Assembly: GCA_963765765.1 (NCBI GenBank)
Contig: CAVXYC010000023.1
Location: forward strand, 128,001 to 192,000
Length of the DNA: 64,000 bases
Direction of reading: 5' to 3'
DNA from: an uncultured Chloroflexia bacterium
GTDB taxonomy: Bacteria; Chloroflexota; UBA6077; JACCZL01
Position numbers and translations under genes: made by a program. Under the pieces are notes generated by a model that worked only from the letters and a program-made list of their open reading frames with translations, was not told the DNA's origin and did no database searches. Positions 18,699 through 29,667 of the stretch are shown in pieces (the stretch's first letter is position 1; each line of letters begins with the position of its first letter).

Positions 18699-19005
18699 GC
18701 CCGATTCCTCCGCGCTCCAATTCCGCGACCTCCTTGAGTCGTGCCAGGCTGTCGCCCCACAGCTCATCAAGAAATTCGCGCAATTCGGTAAAGCGCTCAG
18801 GGCGTGCCCGGTAGAGGCGCCGCGTTCCCAGTCGTCGTTCCACGATGAGCCCCGCATCCTTCAAGATGCGTAGGTGTTGGGATATCGCTGGACGCGACAC
18901 ATCAAAGCACGCGGCGATTTCTCCCGCGGTGTGCTCTGAATCGAGGACAATGCGCAGAATATCCCGACGTCTTGGCTCCGCTATGGCCCGAAGCGCTCTA
19001 TCCAT
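18688..19005 (-). CDS. ArsR/SmtB-family transcriptional regulator
   Basis: 'LRAIAEPRRRDIL...AISQHLRILKDAGLI'; typical pairing with an SRPBCC gene. Confidence 0.9.
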   Translation of the reverse strand: MDRALRAIAEPRRRDILRIVLDSEHTAGEIAACFDVSRPAISQHLRILKDAGLIVERRLGTRRLYRARPERFTELREFLDELWGDSLARLKEVAELERGGIGHDH

Positions 19006-19136
19006 CCGCTTTAAATTAAGCGAACCCTTACAAAGTGGGCAAATTCGCACCCGGGGCTACTTGTTGTGATGCACACTTCGAACTCAGGCGTCCTTCGACC
19101 GCGTTGTGGTACGGTCCCTCCAAGGAGTGACTATTA

Positions 19137-20656
19137 ATGGCCGAGACGTTGCGATTCTCCGAAGTGTTTGCCGGTACGGCGGGTGAGGTGATGCCGCTGG
19201 CGATCCGTGTCGGCGACGCCGTTTACTCCTGGCGTATTTCGGGCCTGGGGCCCGCCGCCGCCAAAGCCCCGGCGAGCCGGTCCAGTAACGCAGATGGGGC
19301 AAGCTATCAAGAACATGCAAGCTGTCCTCGATGCAGCTGGGCTGAGTGTGGACAACGTGGCTCGAGCCACGGGTTACATCCGCGATCCCGGTGACCGCGA
19401 AGTCGTGTATGAGCCGTGGGATGCGCTCTATCCGGACCCTCAGGACCGCCCGGCGTTTAAGGTCCTCATTGACGCGCTGCCGGAGGGCGTCGAGGCCTGG
19501 ATGCAGATGCTTGCCTATGCGGGGGCGCGACGATCGCGATTTGATATCGAAGGCGTCTCGGCTCGAGACCCCACGGTGAAACTGGGGCCGTGGGTGTTCA
19601 GCTCACGCGTTCACGGTACTGATCGATCCACAAAATCAGTGCCGTCCGGAGCGGAGGCGCAGGTCAAGCTTGCCTATGAGAATCTGAAGACCTTGATCGA
19701 GCTCGCGGGCGGATCTACTCGGGATATCAAGCAGATCACGGCCTACATGCGTGAGCTGGATGTTGCGCAAACGGTGGACGCTCGTCTGCGCGAGCTCACC
19801 GAGGTGGAGCTTCCCGGCGTTGCCAAGCGAATCGTGCAATCGTTCGTACGGCCCGAGATGGAAGTAATGCTGGAGATGAGTGCCGCACTTCTGGACGGTC
19901 CGGCATTCCTGGAAATGAGCACGCCGCTCTCGCCGGGTCGGCCGGTGCCTGCCGGTGTGCAGATTGGTCCCGTCATCTACCTGCCTGAGCTACGCGGCGT
20001 AGATTTCGCCAGCGGCGAGCTACTGCAGGGCTACGAGCAGCAGATCAGGCAATCGCTCCGCAATGCCGAGCTGACCCTTGAGCAGACTGGCGCGACGCTG
20101 GACAACGTGGCTCACGCGACGGTGTACGTGCGGGAGCTCGGTCCGGGTCATGAAGCGCTCAATAAGATCTGGCCCGAGTTCTTTCCCGACGCGGCGGACC
20201 GTCCGCCGCACAAGTACCTACCCGCGTCATTGCCCGGAAGGCGTGCTGACACAAGTGCACGTTACTGCGATTCGTGGCTCCCGCCGCACGGTGCTCGAGA
20301 TCCCGGGCATGAAGCACGGCGATCCAATGTCCATGGGAGCGCGGATCGGGTCCATGATCTTTTCATCGCGGGTAGTGGGGACTGATACCAGGACTGGTTC
20401 CATGCCCGAATCGCCGGCGGAGCAGGCTAGCCTGGCGTTCGAAAACGTGAAAACGTTGCTGAAGCAGGCGGGCGCGGACATCGCGAACCTGACTCAAGTG
20501 AACGCCTTTGTTCCCGACGCTAGCCATCGTGACGTTGTGCAGGCAGCTTTCGCCAAGCGCTTTCCGAATGCCGCGAGTGCGCCAGCATTCAACGTGCTCG
20601 AGGTTGATCTACCGGCCGGTGCGGTGGTTCGGCTGGAGATTACCGCCAGCCTCTGA
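19137..20656 (+). CDS. Protein of four tandem RidA/YjgF-like domains; frameshifts near 19260 and 20240
   Basis: Repeated 'A/G-x-R/K/Q-V/I/L-G-x-x-V/I-Y/F' starts, 'Q...A..N...L..AG...DN' helices and 'DRP' motifs across ORFs 19137, 19207 and 20078. Confidence 0.7.
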
Positions 20657-20741
20657 GCTGAGAGGTCAGGGGCTAGAGGTTAGGGGCTATGGACCGGCTC
20701 CGATCGTCTTTCACTCCTTGACCTCTAGTCCCTGACCTCTC
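20655..20741. repeat. Inverted heptamer-repeat element (GAGGTCAG/GGGCTAG-type units)
   Basis: 'gagaggtcaggggctagaggttaggggc' and complementary 'ccttgacctctagtccctgacctctc' between convergent genes. Confidence 0.7.
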
Positions 20742-20743
20742 GT

Positions 20744-21049
20744 CTATCGTGCTGAGCGAACGCTGTCCAGTGTGAAATGGCCGACGCCGAGGGCCTGGGT
20801 CACTCGCCACTCGTAAATCTCGCATTCGCGCCAACCGCGCTCGACCCATGGGTGCGTCTTCACGAGCGCCTCGGCTTCTTCGCGCGATCCAACGTGGAGA
20901 ATCCAGATGCCCACACCCTCGGTGGTTGGGCCCGAAAAGAGGACTTTGCCTGCCTCGTGCTGAGTCTTCATCCAGGCAAGGTTATCCGGCTCGGTTCCCG
21001 CGATCGTTTCGCGCGGAACAATGCTCTTGCTCATGACGACGTACCACAT
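20744..21049 (-). CDS. YciI-family protein
   Basis: 'GKVLFSGP', 'SREEAEALVKTHPW'. Confidence 0.75.
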   Translation of the reverse strand: MWYVVMSKSIVPRETIAGTEPDNLAWMKTQHEAGKVLFSGPTTEGVGIWILHVGSREEAEALVKTHPWVERGWRECEIYEWRVTQALGVGHFTLDSVRSAR

Positions 21050-21201
21050 GGTTTAGCCTCCTCACTTCGATGCAATCGTACTACGGCCCCTTAGTCGCTT
21101 AGATGCATAATGCTGGCATCCGACAACTCCACTCGGCGTTGGATGAGCCACCAGCGAAGTCCACGCCGACCGTACGACCGAACCCCTGGAGGTGACGCAC
21201 C

Positions 21202-22803
21202 ATGGCGGTGACGATGGCAGCGCCAGCGCAGCACGAGCCAGACGGCGCCTATTCGCGGCTGGAGGAACGGATTCTCGCGCGCGATCAGGTCGGCGCCAGC
21301 TCAATCTTCTATGAGCTGATCAAGGCAGGCCGGCCTGTTGATGAGCTGGTCCGCGAGACTGTTCGGATCCACGCGCCCTTCACCCATGTGCCGTTTCACC
21401 AATGGAATGACAACGGCGACATTCGGTTCGTCAACAACGACCATTGCCTGCTAAGCATGCGCGCCGCTCTCCAGCTAAAAAAGCTCGTGCCAGATGAAGC
21501 CGCCTTTCTACCGATGGCCCAGACCATCTGGTACATCCCAACCGGACTGGATCCGTGGAACCAGGTGCGTGGTCTTGCTCCCGGTCACTACAACCGCGTC
21601 TACAACACGGAGCTCTCAGGTACGCCAACGCCGCCCGTCGCGCACTGGGTCGACGGCGAAGCGCGGCCCTCAGATGGCTCGTTGCAGGAGCGGCTCGACC
21701 ACTGGCTGACCCTGGTAATGCGCTGTCAGGTGGACGAAGCGTACGGGGCGTTTCTCAACCTGCTGGAAAATCCGGCCGATCGCGAGAAAGTGCTGGCCCA
21801 ATTGATGTTCGCCGGCCTTATCGATGTGCAGGATCGGACGGTTTTCCGGCTGTCGTTCACCACGGGGCACCGCTCGTACCGGGCTCGCGCGACGATCGAG
21901 CTGGCGGAGACCGTTGGTTGGGACAAGGCCCACGATGTCATCTACGCCGGCGTGATGGATCTTGGGGTCGGGCCGCACTGGTACTCGATGTACGAGATGG
22001 CCTGTACTTTCAGCCGCGTGGTCTTGCAGGGCCAGGACGTCGAGATGCGGCACAAGAACGTTAAGCCGCTTTCACGCCGTGACGTCAAGCAGACGATCGA
22101 CGTAATCCAACATGGGAACGAGATTTCGGTCGTCAAGCACATTGGTGAATTGCTTCAAGCTGGCAAGTCGCTTCGGTCGATTATCGACGCGATTCAGCTG
22201 GCGGCAACGGAGACGATCCTCGAATGCGGTTCGCCACTGGCCTACAACATGCCGATGCATGCCTACGAGTACGTCAACACCGTCCGTTGGTTTTACGACC
22301 GCTTCGATCACCCGCACATGACGAAACTGCTGTTCGTCGCGGGCTCGTTCGTTAACGAGGTCTACCAGGGCCAGCAGGCGTTCCCCGGCAACGGCCCACG
22401 CCACATCAAGGCGCCGCGCGCCGCCAGCGGCTGGTCACAGGGGCAGCTGCTGGAGAAGCTGGACGAGGCCATTGTCGGACTGCGGCCGGATGACGCGGTG
22501 GCGCTGGTGCAGGCCTATCTAAAGGCGGAGCACGATCACCAGCCGTTGATTTCTACAATCGCCTACGGGGCCAGCAAGATGGGCAACGATCCGCACAATC
22601 AGGAGATTAGTCTCGTGCAATTGGAAGACTTCCAACGGAATACCCACGCCGGCCGAGAGCGTCTCCTGATGGGGGCCGCAGCGTTTGCGGCCGGGCATCG
22701 CAAGTACGCTGATCCACTCGAATCGTATCGGCGCTTCGCCGAGTCGATGGGAATCTCCACGCGCCAGGAAGCAAAGGACGACGGCGATGTGGAGGAGGCT
22801 TAA
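21202..22803 (+). CDS. Hypothetical helical protein with His-rich motifs
   Basis: 533-aa ORF with RBS GGAGGT; 'HVPFHQ', 'NNDHCLL', 'TTGH', 'DPHNQE'. Confidence 0.8.
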   Translation: MAVTMAAPAQHEPDGAYSRLEERILARDQVGASSIFYELIKAGRPVDELVRETVRIHAPFTHVPFHQWNDNGDIRFVNNDHCLLSMRAALQLKKLVPDEAAFLPMAQTIWYIPTGLDPWNQVRGLAPGHYNRVYNTELSGTPTPPVAHWVDGEARPSDGSLQERLDHWLTLVMRCQVDEAYGAFLNLLENPADREKVLAQLMFAGLIDVQDRTVFRLSFTTGHRSYRARATIELAETVGWDKAHDVIYAGVMDLGVGPHWYSMYEMACTFSRVVLQGQDVEMRHKNVKPLSRRDVKQTIDVIQHGNEISVVKHIGELLQAGKSLRSIIDAIQLAATETILECGSPLAYNMPMHAYEYVNTVRWFYDRFDHPHMTKLLFVAGSFVNEVYQGQQAFPGNGPRHIKAPRAASGWSQGQLLEKLDEAIVGLRPDDAVALVQAYLKAEHDHQPLISTIAYGASKMGNDPHNQEISLVQLEDFQRNTHAGRERLLMGAAAFAAGHRKYADPLESYRRFAESMGISTRQEAKDDGDVEEA

Positions 22804-22834
22804 TACTGCCCGTATTCGAGCAAACCCACTTCAG

Positions 22835-22945
22835 GAGGGACCCCACCCCAGCCCTCCCCGCTGCGGCAGGGAGGGAGCCGGATGCTCCTTTTTCTTAAAC
22901 ACGCTCCCTCCCTGCCGCAGCGGGGAGGGCTGGGTGGGGTCCCTC
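22835..22945. repeat. REP-like palindromic doublet, family A, copy 2
   Basis: Same arms as 17119..17225, between convergent genes. Confidence 0.9.
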
Positions 22946-22958
22946 GTACAAGCAAAGC

Positions 22959-24530
22959 CTACCTTGGCCTCATCACCCGCCCAGCGGCAGCGCCGGTGTC
23001 CTCTCCACTCTCGATGACCATCTGGCCGTTCACGAGGACGTACTCCACACCGCGGCAATACTGATGCGGATCCTCGTATGTAGCGACTTCGCCAACGGTC
23101 TCGGGATCGAACACGACGAGGTCTGCCTGGCATTCCGGCACCACGCGACCCAGATCTGAACGGCCCAGCCGGGTGGCGGGCAGCGATGTCATTTTTCGGA
23201 CTGCTTCCTCGAGCGGCAACACTCCCTCTTCACGCACGTAGTGACCCAGCACACGCACATACGTACCGTAACTGCGCGGGTGCGGTTTGCCGCCGGCGTC
23301 CGGGCTCAGGGTCCACCCGTCGCTGGCAACGGCCACCGATGGGTGTTGCATCACGCGGCGCACGTCGTCTTCGGACATGGAGAATGTGATCATGCCGATC
23401 CGCGCTCCTTCGGCGGTGATCAGGTCGAGCGCCGCGTCAACCGCGTCCTCACCGCGCCGCGCGGCGATCTCGGCGAGACGCAAGCCTTCGAACTGCTTGA
23501 ACGGGCCATCCGGAATCGACGCGACCAGCACCGTTTCGGCGCCGAAACGCTCCGATTTGAAGATATCTTCGCGGATGCGAGATCGGGTGGCGGGATCGCG
23601 CAGCCGAGCCTGCATCGCTTCCACTCCTCCTTCCACGGCCCAGCCAGGTAGGAGCGCGGAAAGCGTCGTACTGCCGGCGGTGTACGGATACTGGTCGGCC
23701 AGGACGTCGAGACCCTCGCCGCGCGCGGCGTCGATCAGCTTGAGCGACTGCTCCGTACGGCCCCAGTTCCGCTCATCAACAGCTTTGTGATGGCTAAGCT
23801 GTACGGGCACGTGGGCTTCTCGTCCCACGGTGATTGCTTCAGTCACCGAGTCCAGCAGTGTTGCGCCCTCACCGCGGATGTGGCTGGAATAGAAGCCGCC
23901 GAAACGCCCGGCCACCTCGGCCAGGGAAATCAGCTCGGTCGTGTCGCTGTAACCGCTGGGTGAGTAGATCAAGCCGGACGATAGTCCCACTGCCCCATCT
24001 TCCATGGCCTGCGCGACGAGCGCCTGCATGTGCTCCATCTCGGTAACTGTCGGTGCGCGGTTCTCGAATCCCATCGCGGCGATGCGGACCGCGCCATGGC
24101 CCACCTGGAGGGCGATGTTGCAGCCCAGCGGCAACGATCCCAGCATCGCCGCGTATTCAGCCGCTGTGCTCCAGCTCCAATCGATGCCGGCGTCCAGAAA
24201 CGCGGAATAAGAGCGCATAAGCTCGAGTCGCTCGGGTGTGACGGGGAACGGCGAGAAACTGCAATTCCCGCCCACCACCGTGGTCACACCTTGCCGTACC
24301 ATCGCCTCAGCGCGTGGAAAACGTGGAAGCGTGAAGTCACAGTGGGTGTGAATATCGATGAAACCGGGCGCGATACAACGTCCTTCGAGATCGATGGTCC
24401 GCCTCGCGACGCGACCTGTCAGATCACCGATATCCGCGATGCGCTCTCCCTCAACGGCCACATCGGCATGCCTGCCCGGTGCGCCGCTACCGTCAATTAC
24501 ACGACCGTTGCGGAACAGAAGATCATGCAT
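22959..24530 (-). CDS. N-acyl-D-amino-acid deacylase (D-aminoacylase) family
   Basis: 'PGFIDIHTHCD', 'QGVTTVVGGNC', 'DQYPYTAGST', 'KPHPRSYGT'. Confidence 0.9.
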   Translation of the reverse strand: MHDLLFRNGRVIDGSGAPGRHADVAVEGERIADIGDLTGRVARRTIDLEGRCIAPGFIDIHTHCDFTLPRFPRAEAMVRQGVTTVVGGNCSFSPFPVTPERLELMRSYSAFLDAGIDWSWSTAAEYAAMLGSLPLGCNIALQVGHGAVRIAAMGFENRAPTVTEMEHMQALVAQAMEDGAVGLSSGLIYSPSGYSDTTELISLAEVAGRFGGFYSSHIRGEGATLLDSVTEAITVGREAHVPVQLSHHKAVDERNWGRTEQSLKLIDAARGEGLDVLADQYPYTAGSTTLSALLPGWAVEGGVEAMQARLRDPATRSRIREDIFKSERFGAETVLVASIPDGPFKQFEGLRLAEIAARRGEDAVDAALDLITAEGARIGMITFSMSEDDVRRVMQHPSVAVASDGWTLSPDAGGKPHPRSYGTYVRVLGHYVREEGVLPLEEAVRKMTSLPATRLGRSDLGRVVPECQADLVVFDPETVGEVATYEDPHQYCRGVEYVLVNGQMVIESGEDTGAAAGRVMRPR

Positions 24531-25284
24531 CGGACTGTGCCTCCTGACCGATGACCTCGATGTAGACCATTGCCGCGGGGGTTTGGGGATAGAGAACGGT
24601 ACGAACGACCGGGCGATCCGCGCTTCCCTGGAAGAACGCGTTCCAGTGCTTCTGCACCGTCGAAATGAGTGCACGATCCGAAACAAAGAGCCGCGCCTGG
24701 CGCAGCTCCGACCGATCCATTCCGGCGGCTCCCAGAAACGTCTGGAGGTTCTGAAACACGAGCTCGCACTGGCGCTCGAGGCCATCACCGGGAGCATTGG
24801 TGGAGGGCTCAAACGGCAGAATTCTCGACGAGAACACGTAGCCGCCGATTTTGACGCCCATGGGGATGGGATTGGTATGGGCTACAGGCGGCGTATAGAT
24901 CACCCGGCGTCGTCCATCAAGGACGGCCCACATCTCCGCCTGAACGAGCGTGCCGTCCGGTAAATCCGCGGCCATGAACTTGTAGGTCGGGCGATCCTGA
25001 TCATTGGGGAACATGGCTACCCAGGGCGGGTTGATGAGAGGCCGGTCGTCGAATTGCTTCAGGAAGAAGCTGACTTGGGCGACATTGTCGAGCGTTCCCC
25101 CGGCGGCCTCCACCACGTGCCTGATACCGTCGTGGACGAGCTCCAGCTGCTTTTCGACGCTATCTCCGAGTTGCCCGGTTTGGAGGTCGATTCCGGTAAT
25201 CCGCGACGCATGGACAAGATTACCGACGCGGATGCCGAGGGGAATTGGGTCAATGTCTGGATTGCCGAAGATCTCGGAGAGCAT
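24523..25284 (-). CDS. Tandem two-domain RidA/YjgF-family protein (2-aminomuconate-deaminase-like N-termini)
   Basis: 'PIPLGIRVGNLV', 'HTNPIPMGVKIG', 'DQDRPTYK'. Confidence 0.8.
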   Translation of the reverse strand: MLSEIFGNPDIDPIPLGIRVGNLVHASRITGIDLQTGQLGDSVEKQLELVHDGIRHVVEAAGGTLDNVAQVSFFLKQFDDRPLINPPWVAMFPNDQDRPTYKFMAADLPDGTLVQAEMWAVLDGRRRVIYTPPVAHTNPIPMGVKIGGYVFSSRILPFEPSTNAPGDGLERQCELVFQNLQTFLGAAGMDRSELRQARLFVSDRALISTVQKHWNAFFQGSADRPVVRTVLYPQTPAAMVYIEVIGQEAQSDA

Positions 25285-25355
25285 CAGGTCGGTCGCCTCG
25301 CCTTTCGTTGCGTTGTGCGTGCGCTCTTGATGTTTGTCTTCAATCGCCGATTTCG

Positions 25356-25817
25356 TCAGGACCAGTCTAGGCGATGCCTGAACCCAGGCCCCAGCGCCGC
25401 CAGGGCGAACTCGGCGAAGTCCACATCTTCCAGCCCCGGCGTTCCATTGGCGCCGCCGCTATTCCCTATGCCGCCAACGACCTGGTCGCCGTGGACTACC
25501 ACGAATCCACCCGGCAGCGTGGTGAGCATTGGATCATTCCAGTCGTGTGGACCCTGATGTCCGCGAGCCTCGTTCTCTTTCCACCAGGCCATGAGACCTA
25601 ACGTGTCCCGCTCGAAGACGGCGGCCGTATACGCCTTGCGGTGAGCAGCTTTCACGTATCGGCCAGCCAGACCATCCATGCGGGCACAGGCCAGCAGATC
25701 ACCGAACTTGTCCACCACGACAATGGCAACCTTGCGGTTCTTGGATCGCCCGGCCTCAAGCACGGCTGAGACGGCCTGTTGGGCTGAATCTAAGTTGAGA
25801 GAGCGCATCTCGATCAT
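25356..25817 (-). CDS. GlcG/HbpS-family heme-binding protein
   Basis: 'IVVVDKFG', 'RMDG', 'KAYTA', 'VVGGIGNSG'. Confidence 0.85.
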   Translation of the reverse strand: MIEMRSLNLDSAQQAVSAVLEAGRSKNRKVAIVVVDKFGDLLACARMDGLAGRYVKAAHRKAYTAAVFERDTLGLMAWWKENEARGHQGPHDWNDPMLTTLPGGFVVVHGDQVVGGIGNSGGANGTPGLEDVDFAEFALAALGPGFRHRLDWS

Positions 25818-25837
25818 GTTTAGGTCCGTTCTCAAAT

Positions 25838-25935
25838 GCTTCCGTAGCTTCGGGCTTCCAGCCCAAGCGCATAACGCCGGCTTGTACCTGTGTACTTTGC
25901 TACGCGTTCGGCTGGAAGCCCGAAGCTACGGAAGC
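25838..25935. repeat. GTAG-type REP doublet
   Basis: 'gcttccGTAGcttcgggcttccagcc' ... 'ggctggaagcccgaagCTACggaagc'. Confidence 0.8.
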
Positions 25936-26034
25936 GTAAGCTTGTGAAACCAATGCAAGTGGCCGATGATCGATGATCATTGTTGAACATTTATATCGGT
26001 CGTGGTACAGTTTCCAGACCCTGAAAGCTGAATA

Positions 26035-26303
26035 TTAAACGCGACGACGGGGAGTACTACGTGACTCGAGGTGTCCAGAGAGCCGGGGCTAGGTGAGAGC
26101 CCGGTACACCAGAAGCGCTGAACTCGCCCCTGAGCGGTCACGGTGAACTTGATGACATCAGAAGTAACTGTGAACGGGGTGACGGGCGAGAGACCGTTAT
26201 GAGTGAGCCAACTTCGGAGATTTCAATCGCTCCGATGCGCTAACCAGGGTGGTACCGCGAGGCTTAACCCTCGTCCCTGTCTATCGGGGATGAGGGTTTT
26301 TTG
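26035..26303 (+). ncRNA. T-box riboswitch, predicted Leu (CUC) specifier, with terminator
   Basis: Stem I with AGAGA bulge and GGTGAGA loop, 'GAA CTC G' specifier region, T-box 'AACCAGGGTGGTACCGCG' (26242-26259), terminator 'aaccctcgtccc...ggggatgagggttttttg'. Confidence 0.9.
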
Positions 26304-26435
26304 TCGCCCCGATCGGCGGCCAGGGTACGGGGAAGAGAAGAAGGTGGGCTCAGCGTCAGCGTAGCCGCGGAGCTTCAGGTGGGTCAGGGTAGACCCGTTC
26401 AGCGTGACTCACCTGTGTGAGAGAGGAGCATCCAT

Positions 26436-28204
26436 ATGCGGCTCAACGGATCGCAAATCGTTGCGGAGAGCCTGCTGCGTGAAGGCGTGGAGGTCATGTT
26501 TGGCCTGCCCGGCGGCGCCATTATGCCGCTCTACGATGTCTGGTCACAGTATCCACAGATCAAACACGTACTCGTGCGACACGAGCAGGGGGCGGCGCAC
26601 ATGGCTGACGGCTATGCGCGCGCAAAAAACACCGTAGGCGTGTGTCTCGGGACGAGCGGCCCGGGCGCAACAAATCTAGTCACTGGCATCCTGAACGCGC
26701 ACATGGATTCGGCTCCGATCGTGGCTATCACGGCCAACGTGGCCAGCAAGTTCATCGGCTCCGATGCGTTTCAGGAAGCCGACATCACCGGTATCACGAT
26801 TCCGGTGACCAAGCAGAACTATCTGGTGCGTCGCGTTGAGGACTTGCCGCGCGTCATGAAGGAAGCCTTCCATATTGCACGCACGGGTCGACCCGGTCCG
26901 GTGCACGTGGACATTCCTAAGGACATTCTCGTGGCAACAACCGAGTTCAAGTATCCAGACTCGGTAAACCTGCCCGGTTTCCAGCCATCCGCCGAGGGCA
27001 ACATCGCCCAGATCCGCAAGGCGGTGCGGCTGATCGAACAAGCTAAAAGGCCGGTGATCATCGCCGGGCACGGTGTGATTCTCTCTGCCGCGTTCGATGA
27101 GCTGCGTGAGTTTGCCGAAGCCACCAACATCCCGGTCGTCACGACGCTGCTCGGAATCGGCTCGTTCTCAGAAACGCACCCGCTGTCGCTGCAGATGATG
27201 GGCATGCATGGCTGGGTGCACTGCAACTACGCCGTCCACAACGCCGACCTGATCATTGGCATCGGCAATCGCTTCGACGATCGCGCTTGCGGCGATTTCG
27301 AGCGCTTTGCGCCACATGCCAAGATCGTCCACATCGATATCGATCCAGCCGAGATCGGCAAGAACGTCAAGGTTGACGTGCCGATCGTGGGCGACGTGAA
27401 GCGGGTGCTCCAGAAGCTGCAGCCAGAGATCGACGCGTGCGCGGACAAGAGCGAGTGGCTGGCGCAGATCGATGAGTGGCGGCGGACCTATCCGCCCAAG
27501 TCGCTATCCCGGACGACACGCCGAAGTGCTGTATCAGCCACAGGTGATGCGCGCGATCGCAGGACGCGACGCACGGCGACGCGATCATCGTGGCCGACGT
27601 CGGTCAGCACCAGATGTTCGCGGCGCAGCATTTCACATTCACCGAGCCGAATCGCTTCATAACGTCCGGTGGCCTGGGCACGATGGGCTTCAGTCTGCCC
27701 GCGGCTATCGGCGCTCAGTATGCGCGGCCTGACAAGACGGTCTGGTGCGTCATCGGCGACGGTTGCTTCCAGATGGTCTCGCAGGAGCTTGCCGTCATGG
27801 CGATCGAAAACGTGCCGGTGAAGGTGGCCATCATCAACAACGGCTATCTGGGCATGGTGCGCCAGTGGCAGGAGCAATTCTTCGATCACAACTACTCGCA
27901 AGTGGACCTGGAAGGACCGCCTGACTTTGTCAAGCTGTCTGAGGCGTACGGCATTCCTGCCTGGCGAGTGAAGAAGCCGCAAGACATGGCTCAGGCAATC
28001 GGAGCGGCCATGGCTTACCCGGGGCCCGCGCTGATCGATTTCCGGGTTTCGCGTGAAGAGAACGTGTTGCCGATGGTCGTGCCAGGCACGTCCCTCGCGG
28101 AGGTCATCCCTGATGAAGCATACGTTGGTAGCGACAGCGGAAAACAGCCCGTCCATGCTGAATCGCGTAGTGAGCTTGTTCCGTCAGCGGGGTTTCGCGA
28201 TTGA
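26436..28204 (+). CDS. ilvB: Acetolactate synthase large subunit; frameshift(s) near 27510-27580
   Basis: 'FGLPGGA', 'RHEQGAAHMADGYAR', 'TSGPGATN', 'GDGCFQM...INNGYLGMVRQWQ'. Confidence 0.95.
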
Positions 28205-28634
28205 CAGTCTAGCCATCGGCAGGACGCACGAAGCGCACATCTCACGCATCACGATGGTGGTGGACGGCTCAAAGACTGGCATCGAACAAGTCGTCAAGCA
28301 GCTCTACAAGATCATCGAAATCCGCAAGGTCTCGGACATTACGGATGACAAGAGCGTGGAGCGCGAGCTTGCGCTCCTGAAGGTCACCAGCAAGAACGCC
28401 GCCATGCGCGCCGAGATCATGCAGATCGTGGATATCTATCACGCCAAGGTCGTGGACGTGGCGCTGGGATCCTTGACCGTTGAGGTCACGGGCCCAACCG
28501 ATAAGATCGACTCCGTTGTCGGGCTCCTGCGCGGCTACGGAATTAAAGAGATGGTACGCACAGGTGTCGTGGCTATGACCCGCGGCGCCGGCGTGGCGGC
28601 CGCTGATTCGAGCAAGCTGCAAGTCGTAGCGTAA
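28113..28634 (+). CDS. ilvN: Acetolactate synthase small subunit
   Basis: '[33 protein letters not shown]', 'ERELALLKV'; RBS GGAGG at about 28099. Confidence 0.95.
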   Translation: MKHTLVATAENSPSMLNRVVSLFRQRGFAIDSLAIGRTHEAHISRITMVVDGSKTGIEQVVKQLYKIIEIRKVSDITDDKSVERELALLKVTSKNAAMRAEIMQIVDIYHAKVVDVALGSLTVEVTGPTDKIDSVVGLLRGYGIKEMVRTGVVAMTRGAGVAAADSSKLQVVA

Positions 28635-28659
28635 CGAGTCATGGGGGAGGAGATTTAAA

Positions 28660-29653
28660 TTGGCAACGGTGTATTACGAGAAGGATTGTGATCTCTCGCT
28701 TATCAAGGGCAAGAAGATCGCCATCATCGGCTACGGCAGCCAGGGACATGCCCACGCGCTGAACCTGCGCGACAACGGCTGCAACGTGATGGTGGGCCTG
28801 TACGAAGGCAGCAAGTCTTGGCAGCAAGCCGGCAAAGATGGCCTGGAAGTGGCCACCACCGATCGAGCCGCGGCCTGGGCCGACGTCGTCATGATCCTGG
28901 CGCCTGACCAGTACCAGAAGGCGATTTACGAGAAGGACGTCAAGGAGAACCTCGAGGCCGGCAACATGCTCATGTTTGCCCATGGCTTCAGCATTCTGTT
29001 CGATCAAGTGGTCCCGCCAACGGATGTGGACGTGACAATGATTGCGCCCAAGAGCCCGGGCCATGTCATGCGTGACATGTTCAAAGACGGCGTGGGTGTG
29101 CCCGGGCCTTCTGGCGGTTCAGCACGATGCCACCGGTCAGGGCAAGGCGCTGGCGCTGGCCTATGGCGCGGGGATTGGCTGCGCCCGCGCGGGCATCGTG
29201 GAGACCACGTTCAAGGAAGAAGCCGAGACAGATCTCTTTGGCGAGCAGGCTGTGCTGTGCGGCGGCGTGACTGCACTGATGCAGGCGGGCTACGAGATTC
29301 TCGTGGACGCCGGCTACCAGCCAGAAATGGCCTATTTCGAGTGCATCAACGAGATGAAGCTCATCGTTGACCTGATCTTCAAGGGCGGCATGGGCATGAT
29401 GCGCTACTCGATCTCAGACACTGCTGAGTTCGGGGATTACACCGCTGGCCCGCGCGTGATCGACGATCATGTGAAAGCCAACATGCGTCAGCTTCTGGCG
29501 GAGATCCAGAATGGCGAATTTGCCAAGAAATGGATTCTGGAGAACCAGGCCGGTCGGCCCAGCTTCAACGCCATGCGACGTCGCGCCAGGGAGCATTCCT
29601 CCGAGCAAGTAGGCGCTGAGCTCAGGGCCATGATGCCCTGGATCAACAAATAG
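28660..29653 (+). CDS. ilvC: Ketol-acid reductoisomerase; frameshift near 29105
   Basis: '[17 protein letters not shown]', '[14 protein letters not shown]'. Confidence 0.95.
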
Positions 29654-29667
29654 GAAGGGAGCGTCAG

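Noticed and set aside
26436-29653. Frameshifts in ilvB, ilvC and about a dozen other genes as pseudogenisation or programmed frameshifting
   Set aside because: They are scattered single-base indels in otherwise intact conserved genes with no shared slippery motif, most simply long-read errors
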